Positions 49,266-61,111 of a stretch of DNA of 64,000 nt are shown here, one piece after another (position 1 is the stretch's first letter; the number at the start of each line of letters is the position of its first letter). The notes below the pieces were generated by a model that worked only from the letters and a program-made list of their open reading frames with translations, was not told the DNA's origin and made no database searches. The position numbers were made by a program, and so were the translations under genes. The stretch is from Lingula anatina (lineage: Eukaryota; Animalia; Brachiopoda): contig CM120643.1 in the NCBI GenBank assembly GCA_051362555.1, positions 16,992,848 through 17,056,847 of the forward strand, given 5' to 3'.

Positions 49266-50347
49266 ACTCCCTTTTTTGGCTCACTGCCACGGGTCGTCTG
49301 ATACCCTGAGAACTTTTCAGTGTACCTGCCTTGCTGTTTTCCAGCATACTTGGCTTGCCCGGTATAAAAAGTCTTGTTTTTACCGAGTCTATAGTTTCCT
49401 TTATAGACCTCTCTTTTGCCTTGAATTTTATTGCCTATTTTGGCTGAGTATTCCAACTCTCTGGCCGTTTGTGAGACATCATCGCCAAACAGTTCAGTGG
49501 TAAATGGTACAGCAGGATTACACAAATGACTGTACTCCTTACTGATGATAGGCTTAATGCAATTTCTCCTGATCATACACATCTGTTGATTACAGTGTCC
49601 AAAGAGAGCCAATGCATCTTTGCATAAATCCAATACACTATTAGCTTCCCCTTGAATGTCATACTCTGACTCCGAGCCTGACTGAAAACCAGAAAAATCA
49701 AGTTCAGCGATCTTACTTGCTGCTTGTGCAATAAGTATGGAGCCTTTCACCAGAGAGGTGCCCACTGTCTGCAGCGTTCTGTCTGTGTGTCTGATTTGCG
49801 GTGTGCATAGCTTCCAAATTAGCTTATTGCAACGTACGGTGGTAAGTGCTTGGCAATTGTCTGGCCTAGCAATACTGTCAGTCAACTTTTCAAACTGAGT
49901 CTCCTCCAATCCCTGGCGAAACAAATCATTAATATTTGCTGCCAGTGTTTCATCCAAGGGAGGGCCCACAACGTCTTCCCCTTTAAACCGCTTGGCCATA
50001 TCCGCAAATTTGCTTTGGGGATCTACCTCATTCTCAAGAGGTCGCTTAGCATCAGAACACCGACTATCGTTGTCAAAGTCGTAGTCAAAAGACGTGCCAG
50101 GTAAAACGTCCCTGTTCACAGTTTCTTCAATATCCGTTATCCTAGAGGATAACACGTCTAATTTGGCATCATTAGACGTCAGTTTTTCATTCAGACTTTG
50201 CAAGTATTCTAGAATCTTAGAATCTTGGTTAGTTGCGGTTTTCGCAGCAACACCAGTGGTCTTTACAACAGCACTAGTTGATTTCTTATTTCTAGCGACT
50301 TGTTTCTCTTTCAAGTCTTTCTCCGCTGTCTCATTTTTCTCCGACAT
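49244..50347 (-). CDS. DIRS ORF1 gag-like protein (about 367 aa from MSEKNE)
   Basis: ORF-track 49244..50485 is open. Best ATG is at 50347 (context CCAACATGT); the upstream extension overlaps the ITR. Motifs RPDNC..L....N..IW, DALALFGH.N....RR..IKP....Y..LC and ELFGDD are typical of DIRS gag. Confidence 0.85.
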   Translation of the reverse strand: MSEKNETAEKDLKEKQVARNKKSTSAVVKTTGVAAKTATNQDSKILEYLQSLNEKLTSNDAKLDVLSSRITDIEETVNRDVLPGTSFDYDFDNDSRCSDAKRPLENEVDPQSKFADMAKRFKGEDVVGPPLDETLAANINDLFRQGLEETQFEKLTDSIARPDNCQALTTVRCNKLIWKLCTPQIRHTDRTLQTVGTSLVKGSILIAQAASKIAELDFSGFQSGSESEYDIQGEANSVLDLCKDALALFGHCNQQMCMIRRNCIKPIISKEYSHLCNPAVPFTTELFGDDVSQTARELEYSAKIGNKIQGKREVYKGNYRLGKNKTFYTGQAKYAGKQQGRYTEKFSGYQTTRGSEPKKGVWRKDPK

Positions 50348-50468
50348 GTTGGAGAAAAGATGTATTGTCAGAAAAACGACAAAATACACCAATGTATAGA
50401 CAAAAAAGTCAAAATCCATACACAGAAGAAAATTTTCTTCTGAACCACGCGCTTCTCGCCTCGTGCTA

Positions 50469-50534
50469 CTGACGCGCATGCGCACTGTGCATTCTCATTT
50501 CATGACGAACCAATATAATTGTTCGATATAGAAT
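50469..50534. repeat. DIRS 5' terminus: ITR core plus terminal segment
   Basis: Inverted match to 45991-46025 and to ICR 46222-46263. Contains CGCGCATGCGCA, an NRF1-type motif. Confidence 0.9.
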
Positions 50535-52841
50535 CCAATCATGACTAGCCTAGCTGATTGGAATCAGTCAATGTGGATTCACTCACTGCTTAATGAGGTA
50601 TGCCGAGAAGACATAAGAACAACTAGAACTAATGCAAAGCAAAACAATAAGTCTGATATACTGACTCCAAAAGCCCTTGAATCAGAAGCTCTTTCGAATA
50701 AGGTGAAACAAAAAACCTGATAAATCCAAAATAATTCAATTTTTACAGGCATATGCCGACTTTCTATGGCAAAAGATTTTATCTAGCAAATTTTGTATTG
50801 CATTCCAATCCATCTCCTTCATCTAATTAACTTAAGATTACCTTATGATGAACTTTTGATTACATGAAATCCTAATTAAGATTTGAGTTAATTTCCAGAA
50901 TAAAAGATGAGACCTAATGGAATCATTCACTAAACAATATTGTATTGAGTAAAATTCATTTATATAACATTTTTAAAAGCCACAATATCTTATACATATA
51001 AAACTAAAATATAAGAATGTCCAGTGATATCAAACACTCCAAGAGAAAATTACAGACTGCATGGATTTCTAAAATTTCTCCAAAACCGTGATAAGAATTT
51101 CTTAATATAAATTACATCTTTTTACTATTATACAAGTGTTAGAGAGTACACAAGTAACCTGAATGTACTGTGTAATATTACCCTTAGTATGCTTAAGGCT
51201 TTCAAACTTAAGTGATGAAACTAGCTCAACCTGTTTGGTAAATAGAATTGGTAGTTTTATTTTTCCATGCCAGCCAAGCACAAAGACAACCCTGGGACTA
51301 ATGGGGAAAATGATTTAAAAAATTGGTGAACCTGTTTTTGGACACAGGTAAAATTTTTTTTTTATTATCATTATTTTTTTCTAACCAGTTTTGCTTTAAT
51401 TTCTCTCTCTTATTTTGGGCAATTATCTGAGATATAATTCCCTTAGGAGTGCAATTTCTCATGAGTAGCAATGAATAAAAAGAAATAGTGACTGTCACCA
51501 TTTTGTGAACATTTCTGAAATGTTTTATCAACACTTCATTGGTTTTGTAAATTTTGCTAATGTTAAAATTTTGAACTTTTTGGCAAAGACAAAATCTTAA
51601 GTAGAACATAGTCCACTCAGCTTTGAACATAACATGTGGGTAACCAAAGAGTACAACCCCATCCAACACTTGATACACGGGGTGGTCCTATCACAAAATC
51701 ATTAGGTACTTATCTGTAACCTGACTCTACCTATATAGCTGGGTACTTAATTCACTACTTAAGTACTGATATTATGACTACCTTCTGTGTAGTACATTAA
51801 GAAAGAGAGAGAGGGAGAAAGAGACAGAGAATTTAACTGAATGCCCTGTTATAGTTTCAATCATTGTGCATTATCCCACTTCTTCAATATCATATGTTTG
51901 CTGGAAATAACAGAGATATGCTGATCATTCAGTAAGTTTCCAGTAATCTATGAATCTTGGAATGCAATTTCATCTTTAACTTCAATTCTACTACTGTAGC
52001 AGTACTTGTAGTACATTTGTACCTGTAATAATAGGGAAATTTATATTACTCTGTTTTTCCAATATATCCACTGGTGTTTTTAAAATCAACAACAATGTTA
52101 TTCAATGCACCTATGTATCAGATCAATAATTACAAGTATAATTGGTTTTGTAAAACTAAATACTCTTGGAATCTTCTGATTTCACCACTTTTCAAACCAC
52201 TGCAGATTAAGGAACAGTCTCCGATATTCAGCGGACTTTATAGAACCAGTGAAATAAAATATACCATTCTTCTGTTTTGGACTCCCTTAGTGTCTCTAAC
52301 ACACCCTTTAAATTTGGACAGATTACTTTACACTGGATGGATCATCTTCCTTTTGTGTTCAGTCTTCTGCGCTATGACCACAGGTCAGGCTTCTCAAATG
52401 GTCACTGCATGTGGCTAAGGAGGTCAGAATGACCACACAAAATCAATTATTGTAATAAATAGAAGAATGGCTAGAGTTTCACTAACTGCTACATAATGAT
52501 GACTATTTTATCTAAGATAAGACTTCATGTAGAACTGTCTTGCAACATGACACCTGGTGGAAAATGTGAAAAATTAAGATCAAATGTAATACCTTTCCAA
52601 ATATCAAGAAATGATACTAGCATATCACTGATAACTGTTTCAGTGCATTCATCTAACTCTAAATGAATATTTGACAAGATATAGTTTTGTGAGTATCACC
52701 AATAACTCATAAGAAAAAGAAAAGAAAAGAAACTATTCTTCTCATAAAATAGCATCACCCAAAGGAAAAAAATAGTTTTTCTTAAAAGTGAACTAATTAA
52801 GCTTGTCACAAAGACAGTTACAGATTTCCAGTCTTTTCAAA

Positions 52842-52938
52842 CAAATACCACTTAACACAGTTATTCACAGGGAAATAAAAAAGCATTCAAAATACCACTA
52901 AACACAGTTATTTTCCTTGGAAATAAAAAAGCCCTCAA
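52842..52938 (+). repeat. About 47-bp imperfect tandem duplication
   Basis: AAATACCACT.AACACAGTTATT...GGAAATAAAAAAGC..TCAAA occurs twice. Confidence 0.8.
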
Positions 52939-55892
52939 ATTATCTTAATTCACCAAAACTTACCCAATGTGAAACTGACCCTGCAGGAGGCAGCTTACAG
53001 ACTGAGAGTCAAGATGAAGTTAAATGTGTTAATATTATGTGTGTTCAGAAGTATTACCACACTTATCATAATTTTTAACAATGTCATTATTTCATACCAA
53101 GGGCTGTTAATCTTGTGATAGTTGCTCGTTTCCTAAACAACTTAATTCTCAGAAGTTTTCATAAGAACTTTTTCTTTTTTAAAAAGTCAGATTTCAATAC
53201 ATTTACAAAGTAATCTGGTCACATTTGTCAATTTTATTGTCTAAATTTCTCATCCTCCTTGAATAAGTACAAATTTGGGAAACAGAAAATTAACACAGTT
53301 TGGCCTCCAACTGCTCGTTTCTACCCTGTCACCCCCCTGCACGTGACAAAGTGTGACGATCACGTGCAGCCAGGCACACGTGTACACATTCCTGAAGTCC
53401 AAGTTCGTACCAAACCCATTTAAGCGGAATGGCAGAAGACATCAGATATTTTCATTCCATGTTTTGGCTTCAACACCCACAGCAAAGAACAAATGCAGTC
53501 AAGGTATAAAATCAAGTTTTAATATATCAAAATAAATTTGGCGAGAGAAAATTTTACCTAAAATGGATTAAAATCTTTACCTGTACTTCTCCCTTAGTAC
53601 CCCCCTCCCCTTGCTATAGCTAAAAATCAACATACCCCAAGGCTACTACCAAGTTAGAACCCCCTCGACACTCTAATAATAGCATAATTAAAACTCAAAT
53701 TTCCACTCTGTCACACTTATTCTAAGGAAATTTTCACTTTCTGAATTCTGACTGCTATGATAACATATTACAGCAGCTGTTTGTTTATTAAGGAACTGCT
53801 GAGGACAAAAGAATCAGTACATTACAAAGGCAATGTTTTGTGTGTGTGCATTGTAATGCGTATTGTCCAACTAATTTGACTGTTCTTGTAATAACACATT
53901 GATTAACTCAGGTCAAACCACACATGGTTTATCTCACCTACAATCTAAGCTCTAAAATTCTTTATTGATATAATAACCCTTTGTGTTATCTTAGCTTTGT
54001 ATTATGAAATGGCTTGATTCCTGCTCTATGCAAACATTTGTATAGCCACTCTTCATTGTTTAATACTTGTAATATTATTTTATTTCTAATAAAAAATTTT
54101 AAAAAAAATCACATACATTCATAATAATCATTATGAAATAATTAGGTATCACACAGAATATCTCGTAAAAATAGATTGATTTCTGATACTTAAAAACAGC
54201 TGAAGTTGCTTTTTCCCTTTTTTTTTCTTAAAATCAATTTCAACTGATAAGTGGCATCCTTAGATATGTTAGTCTCACCTCATAAAAATAAACTTCATTA
54301 AAAACTTGCTTTAATAATTTCTTTACTTAAAAATATTAAATTTCTTTCGTTCAATACCACATCTTTCCTGTCCTCCTAAATATAATAATTAATATAATAA
54401 TTAATCACCTCTGTTACAACAGAAACACATCAATTAAAAAAAAAATACAAGTTGATGTTTTTTCATTTATGAACAGGTTAATTCTAAGTCAGTAAGTGCA
54501 ATAATTGAACCAATCAGTCAATGAATTTCTTGCAATGCCAGGTGTGCATTCATTAGCCAGAAATAAGGTGAAAATCACCCAAGGCAAAACAGGTTACCAC
54601 GCCTCAACAAACCAATAACGTTGTACTGGGGCCAAATATAGATATACTGCACCAAAAATACCTGAAGTGTTAAGTAACTTTATAAAATGTACAGATCCTA
54701 GGTGTGATATATATCACAAATACCTGCAGGCTAAAAAGTGTGACAATTCTTCTAAAGAACCTGATGCCCACTGGTAACATAACAATCTACAAGAAACAAT
54801 TCATCAGTCCCAAACCCTGAAAACCAAGCAGGAGGTCTCCTTGACTGCTTCATTTTGTTACATCATCATTTTAAATAGATATATTATAAATGATATTCAA
54901 ACAACTTCCTTTTACTCACCCTTTTACATTATCACATTTTCACATTAACGTGTTAAATCAAGAATGAGCCAAAAGGTTCCCTTTACATGGTTCTGCAGGC
55001 ATACAGGCCTTGGACTGATGTAATGCCTTGGGGAAGAAGCAGACTTTTTTAACAGCAGACAAAAATTTCAAGAAAATGGCATAGGTGGTAATATCAGTAT
55101 GATATCAAAAAGAAAAGACTTATCACATATTTGGAAAATGGCTATTTGTTCCCTTTGCACTTTGAGCACAAGATACAGAACATGGGAAAAGATGAATTTA
55201 AGACACACTTGAAACTCTCTAGTTACTCTTTGTTTTAATGCATGTCACTACTAGTGAGGAAAACATGTAAGACACTATATAATCCAAGTGTTAAGAGGTA
55301 TTTTTAACATTTCACATTTTTTAAATCATCCAACCCTACCTCACAATAAATAAATGACTAAATAAATAAATAAATAATTCTTGTTGGTCACTTTCACCTG
55401 ACCTATTAAATGACCTTCGTTTGAGTACTTTTTTACAACAGAGACTAATGATCAAAATATACCATGCAATTAAAATATATATAATTCATCCTTTAATGAA
55501 AGCTTTGTTGTTATTTTGATCGAAGCATTTAGAAAATGTCAACAAAATGTTGCATTTAGAGAAGAACACTTGTATTTTTACAGCGTAGTGTACCCACTTA
55601 TGACTTGTTTACAAACCCTGTGACATTTTTCATCATGCTACCTCTCAAAAACGAGCTGGATTACCCCCAATTCTTTAAAAAAACCTTTTTACTCACATGG
55701 TGAGTTGATTTTGTTTTACAATTTTTATCAAACTCACCAGGCCAGGTGTTTCTGAAAATATGAGAGAGCCTCATTAAGTGAAATGACTACCCACCTGCCA
55801 CAGCCTCCTCCACCATGGGTACACCACCATCCACAGCATCCCCTGGAGCCGGCCACTCATGATACATAGAGAAACCTGGCTGCAATATACAC

Positions 55893-56035
55893 CAACTGTG
55901 GTAAAGAACTGTGGTACAGATTAATATATACCAACAGCAGTTGTCACACCAGAGTACAGATATTACCATATACCATCTGTGGTACAGATATCTGTGGTAC
56001 AGAAGTGTGGTACAGATCGTCCCAACTGTTGCACA
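55893..56035 (+). repeat. Degenerate minisatellite with CTGTGGTACAGA core
   Basis: (C)TGTGGTACAGA and variants recur at least five times. Confidence 0.7.
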
Positions 56036-56626
56036 GTTACACCATACTAGTGTGTGAATTATGGAGTCCAGCAATTTTTCACTTTGTGATTTGCATCATG
56101 AGTCTGCCATGACGTCTACGGCTTCATTTGCTCTGACAAAATTTCCCAAAAATGTAAAATGGTTCACAAATGTACATGTAATATTTAGTAATCCACAACA
56201 CAGTGCCATAATTGTAGTATCACTCTACATCTACACTGGGGAAACACAGATTAGTTAATGAAATAATCCAGTACAAAGTTGACTCACAATGTATGGGCCT
56301 TTGGGTTTTCATCATCTGTTCATTACGTGTTAACTTGCTCTTGCTGGTTAATCACAAAAATGTGTCTATTATCACAACTTGCAGCAGCTCTATCCTCTGA
56401 ACAACCACAAAACCATGTCCCCCTTTAAAACACAGAAGATATCTTGTTTTAAATGATACTCCAGTCCTCTCTCTATCTTCAGTTGATTGTGTGAATTCTT
56501 CCACAGCATACTTGTGGTGACATTGCTTGAGGACAGATTGCACTGTGACACTTTGAACAGCATGTCCTCTGTACAGCAAAAAGAACAAAAAATCCTTTTT
56601 ATCATTCATTTGTATCATTCCTGTTA

Positions 56627-57221
56627 GAGCGCATTCAGAACAGCAAACTAAGGGTGCATTCCCATAGATTTTAGATCGATCTATCCCCGTGGGGAGTCTC
56701 ACTAGATTCAGATAATCCGGCTTAAATGTCCGTCCCGCCTACTACAAGCTGTAAGGGGGTAATTAACTTTCGTGTCCGCTCGGCTGACAGCAATTTAGCG
56801 TGAACCCCCAGGGAGTTAGGTCGATCTAGTAAGATCTAGTAAGGCTGTATTCCCAGAGCTTTTAGATCAATCTATCCCCGTGGGGAGTCTCACTAGATTA
56901 CTGTCAGATAATCCGGCTTAAATGTCCGTCCCGCCTACTACAAGCTGTAAGGGGGTAATTAACTTTCGTGTCCGCTCAGCTGACAGCTATTTAGGTCGAT
57001 CTAAAGTAGATCGATCTAATCTCTGGAAATGGGGTCTAAATCTCTGGAAATGCCCTCTAACAGTTCTGCGAATCAAATATGGCAACCCACAAAAAAGTTT
57101 GCCACTTAATTTCCGATAAGATACTGAATAAATTCCCAGCAGGGATTATACAACAAGCATTCAAGTGGGTTGGCCATATCTGATCTGCGGATTTGTTTTT
57201 TCTTCTGTTTAGAATGCGCTC
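56627..57221. mobile_element. Nested MITE cluster: family B containing A (56652-57057) containing a second A (56843-57036)
   Basis: B ends GAGCGCATTCAG...GAATGCGCTC. Outer A is flanked by TAA (56649-56651, 57058-57060). Inner A is flanked by TAA (56840-56842, 57037-57039) and splits the right arm of the outer A. Confidence 0.85.
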
Positions 57222-59300
57222 TTCTACTATGACTACCCTAGCTGTCATTTCCATGAATGTTTTTTTAGATTTGGGTTTATCTGAGTATGAAGTATGAACC
57301 ATTTTATGATCACTAAGTATCCCCTTAAAGTCACTTGTTTAAATTGTAAAAATGGTCTTGTTAACTAATAAAATGTGTTTTTTACTTTATGAAAAAAAAA
57401 TTGGAATTTTAGAAAAAATACCGAAAGACATTTGATCAGAAACAGTTAAAGCAATGCAATTCCCCTTACCTCTGTTCTTTTTAAATATCATAATGCTTCC
57501 CGTTGTTAAAAGAAGTAACAGAATGCAGTTTTCACCCACTTTGAAACAATCGATTCCTCATCAAATTTAGAGTCATTTGCTAGTTAATTTCAAGAAATCT
57601 CATCTACCAGTGTCTCAAAATCCTAAATGTTTCCCATGTAAACATTTGGTATTCCAGTGATTGAATAATGTATTTGACACTTTTTTCAAAATTTCAGAAA
57701 AAAAATCTTACCTAAATACAGTCTCAAGCACATGGAGATATCCACTTTATAAAATTTTAAATTAGCCCCTAGCTTCAGCAAGAAAAGATTCTCCTGGTTT
57801 TGTTGAAAAAAGTTACTACTTAACTTGGTGTTGGGTTGTTATTGATGTCCCAATGGTGTCAAAGTATACCACACTGCACAGCGCTGCACTTCAAATAACG
57901 GATGGATGGCTGCATCAGTTCTTATAAACAACAATGGCAGAAGACCAGAAAGTAACCATTCTCCGAATCAATCACTCATCCGGTTCAGTAATCAGACTCT
58001 GTTTAAACTGATACATTTTCCACTGGCCAAGCACAACTAATTGTTTTAAATAAATGATTTGCATGCATATTATTCCTCAGAAGCAGTCCAGTCTACATTC
58101 ATCCATAAATTGTTAACTGAATTTTCTAAAGAAAAAAAGGATTAATTGCAGTCCAACATGTTACACTGTGACGACACACATTATGCTACCGTGGCAACAG
58201 AAGTTAGTCACCACCTTCATAAAAAGCAAACTTTTCATTCTGCCATCTGTTTTTTACTATAGTAAGTGCATTTTGATTTAAGTGCAAGCATAAGCAATTC
58301 AGCAATCAATCTTTTTAAAATGTTCTTTGTTAAATGCCATTAACATCTTTACAATAAAACCTCTACTTAAATGTTGTTATTTCCAACACGCAACAACATG
58401 CACATTAAAATTGTGGTAAAACACTTCACTCTAAGCTGAATAGTTATATGCAAAGAAGTTTCTTTTATAAAATAATCAAAACTGATAATTTACTTTTGTT
58501 TTTGAATATGTATTGTTTGTTGCCTTACAATGGACACTTGCCACTACCTGTTATAAGAAGATTAAACAACTCTACTTAACAATTGCAACTTGAAAGGCAT
58601 TCTTTGATTTACTGTTATCATATCCTTCAGTTTCACAAGTGACTATTTCAACTGTTCTCTATTTCTGTTGATAAGTTTACTGTATTTCTTACAAACTGAT
58701 ACAACTTTTCTGACTTGTTTTATTGGAAAAGATATATTTCTCAAATCTATCCTGTTAATCTCTTTGATAAGTTTATGGCTATTTCCATCAATTAAGTCTC
58801 AACAAAAACATTTTACTTCACCAAATTTAAAAAAAAAAAACAAATTTCTCTTGTCTATCCTGTTCATTTCTCTCTCAAATAGTTGGCCAATTCTTGTTCC
58901 CATTACAATACACTACAAAATTCAATACTTTCAGTTTCAATATGACTATCTTAACACGACTTCACCTTCAGAATATACTGAGTATGTCTTACATTGCATG
59001 TGCCCATCCTTAAATACAAACACGCTATCTCCTCCAGTCAGACCTTCAGTTCAGCATATCGTGACAAATTTTAAAACTTCATCAGCAGCTGTCAATATAC
59101 ATGACACACATAACATCTTCATGGCTTTGAATCTTCAAGCACATCTGTGAACTGATCAGTTCATTTCTTAACTTCAATCTTTTTAAATAAGCAGCTTCTT
59201 CCATGTACTTCCAGTAGACAGCGAGTAGGAAACGTAAAATCTGAATTTATTTGTAACCAAATCTGGTTTCCAATGGTTTTTAACCACCACCATGATAATA

Positions 59301-61111
59301 CTCTGAAGTGCCAAATAAACGTGCCGGCACGTTTATTTTTTTTCCGGAAATTTTCCACCCGGCACGATCTTATTCTCCCCGGCACGATTAATAATTTTCC
59401 ACACGGCACGGTTATTTGGCACTCACTGTGCCGGTTGGAAATGCTGTTGATCGTTTCGGAAATGTTGATGATCGTTTCATTGGACAAGTTAATAATTATT
59501 AATGACCTGTCGCAAGCACTACACTCGAACTTGTTTTTAGCGTAAATAAAAGCCAGTGTTTCTCCAGCATATAACTATGTAAAGAGCGAGGCGCCGCGCT
59601 TATATTTGTCAAAAGCACCGCCTCGCTGGGCTGAATGGAACAAAAAAGTATATTTTCACTCATGTTAACTGAAATTTATATTTATTTCTAAGCAAATATG
59701 GCATTCTATTTACATACTGTAGGTAATCCCATGCTTCTGAGCACTTGATTTAGTAGTAACGAAAATACGCATGCGCGTATGCTATCTCCTTGTGAGTGCC
59801 TCGTTTTCGCAGTTCTGTGCTTTATTTGAAGTATACGAGACAGAGCAAAACGAGGCAACTCCTCTCGACAACATTTAGTCACATGTCACAAATACACTTT
59901 CTCTGTCACTTCGTCATGTTCCGAAATTAAGACCGCCTGTTGTGTGTTTTTATAGTTTACGTTTATTCACTGATAAAAATGGAGAAAATTAAGTGGATTT
60001 TGTTGATTTTATAAATTTGGAGAAGATTTTCTACTGATTTACGGGTTAGTTTTGTGAAAGCAGTAGCGTTGTAAAACTGGGTCACGTCAGTATTTCGCGT
60101 GCATTGAATATGAATTTCCATGAATAGAATCATATAAATGAACAAACGAAGAACTCAAATTGGCGATAAGTGTGATTTAAATCTCTTTAATTCTGAAAAA
60201 TTCATTTCACGGTGTTTGAAGTTGTTGATTATAAATTACATCTCAAACTACGTATAATTAGTAGCGGGAGTCGCTTTGCGCTGAACGACAGGAAAGAGAA
60301 CATTTTTGCGGCAGTTTTATTTAAGGATGAAGCGCTCCCACACGCAAAGTCAATTGACCAGTTACTTTCAGAAAGGTGAAAAATGGTAAGAAAAACATAT
60401 TATATCACTTTTTTGGTCAATCCAAAAATAATTCAATATAGGAAGCCCTTTTTCTTGATTCCGGTAAGTATTAAAGTAGTAATTTTTTTTTTTTTTTTTT
60501 GAAATAGTATGTTCTATAATTTTTGAAAGTTTAAATTAGCATTATAGGAACTGCTGCTGCTGAACCTTAAACTTCAAGATTGACTAAACTGACTGAATGC
60601 ATAGACAGGAAAATAAATTTTGTCTAAACCTTTGTTATGTCATTACTAAATTAATTCCTCAAAACATCTAAAACAAGACAATTCAGTGACACATAAGATG
60701 TAAAAAAAATTACATAAATACCCTAAAATGCACCAAATTGCACCTCGATTGAAAAAAATTTCCAGGGGAGCTTGGTAATAGAGATTACTCTAAATAGTTA
60801 AACTATGTTAAACTATGTGTATAAAATCAAAGGTTAATTTGTCTAGATATTGTGTTTTTTATGTTTAATAGTCAAAACATAATTTTCCCAGATTGGAATA
60901 TAATTTAAAATTGCCATTACAATTATTCATTTAAATTATTAAAATTGATAAAATTTTCCGGGGGGCACAGTTATTCCGCTAGGCACTGTTATTAAATATC
61001 GGGAAATTTTCCAGGGGGCACAGTTATTCCGCTAGGCACTGTTATTAATTTTGGAAAATTTTCCGGGGGGCACTGTTATTCCGGTAGGCACTCTTATTCG
61101 GCACTTCAGAG
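59301..61111. mobile_element. Non-autonomous TA-flanked TIR element (Tc1/mariner/pogo-like), 1811 bp
   Basis: TA at 59299-59300 and 61112-61113. 25-bp TIRs CTCTGAAGTGCCRAATAA..GTGCC with 3 mismatches. Subterminal GGCAC..TTATT repeats at both ends, CpG-rich interior, no transposase ORF. Confidence 0.8.
60951..61105 (+). repeat. Three ~53-bp subterminal tandem units
   Basis: Unit AAATTTTCC.GGGGGCAC.GTTATTCCG.TAGGCACT.TTATT starts at 60951, 61004 and 61056. Confidence 0.85.

Larger units (their letters stand above)
45915..50534 (-). mobile_element. Full-length DIRS1-like tyrosine-recombinase retrotransposon (4620 bp)
   Basis: Three overlapping uninterrupted ORFs (gag, RT/RNaseH/MT, YR). Perfect 35-bp ITR core at 45991-46025 and 50469-50503. 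ICR at 46141-46263 complementary to both termini. AAT at both ends (45915-45917, 50532-50534) and once at the ICR junction. This is the established DIRS1 ITR+ICR architecture. Confidence 0.97.

Noticed and set aside
47309-50399. Plus-strand ORFs antisense to the DIRS genes
   Set aside because: Short shadows of the real minus-strand frames, with no recognisable motifs.
50348-50485. Hydrophobic N-terminal extension of gag
   Set aside because: It begins inside the ITR at a non-ATG codon and reflects a T-rich leader. The ATG at 50347 has the better context.
45915-50534. Ngaro/PAT-type element with split direct repeats
   Set aside because: All terminal matches are inverted (ITR plus ICR), not direct.
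51676-51785. Old MITE remnant; similar faint traces near 12920, 24605, 31130 and 34680
   Set aside because: Too degenerate to define TIRs or TSDs by eye.
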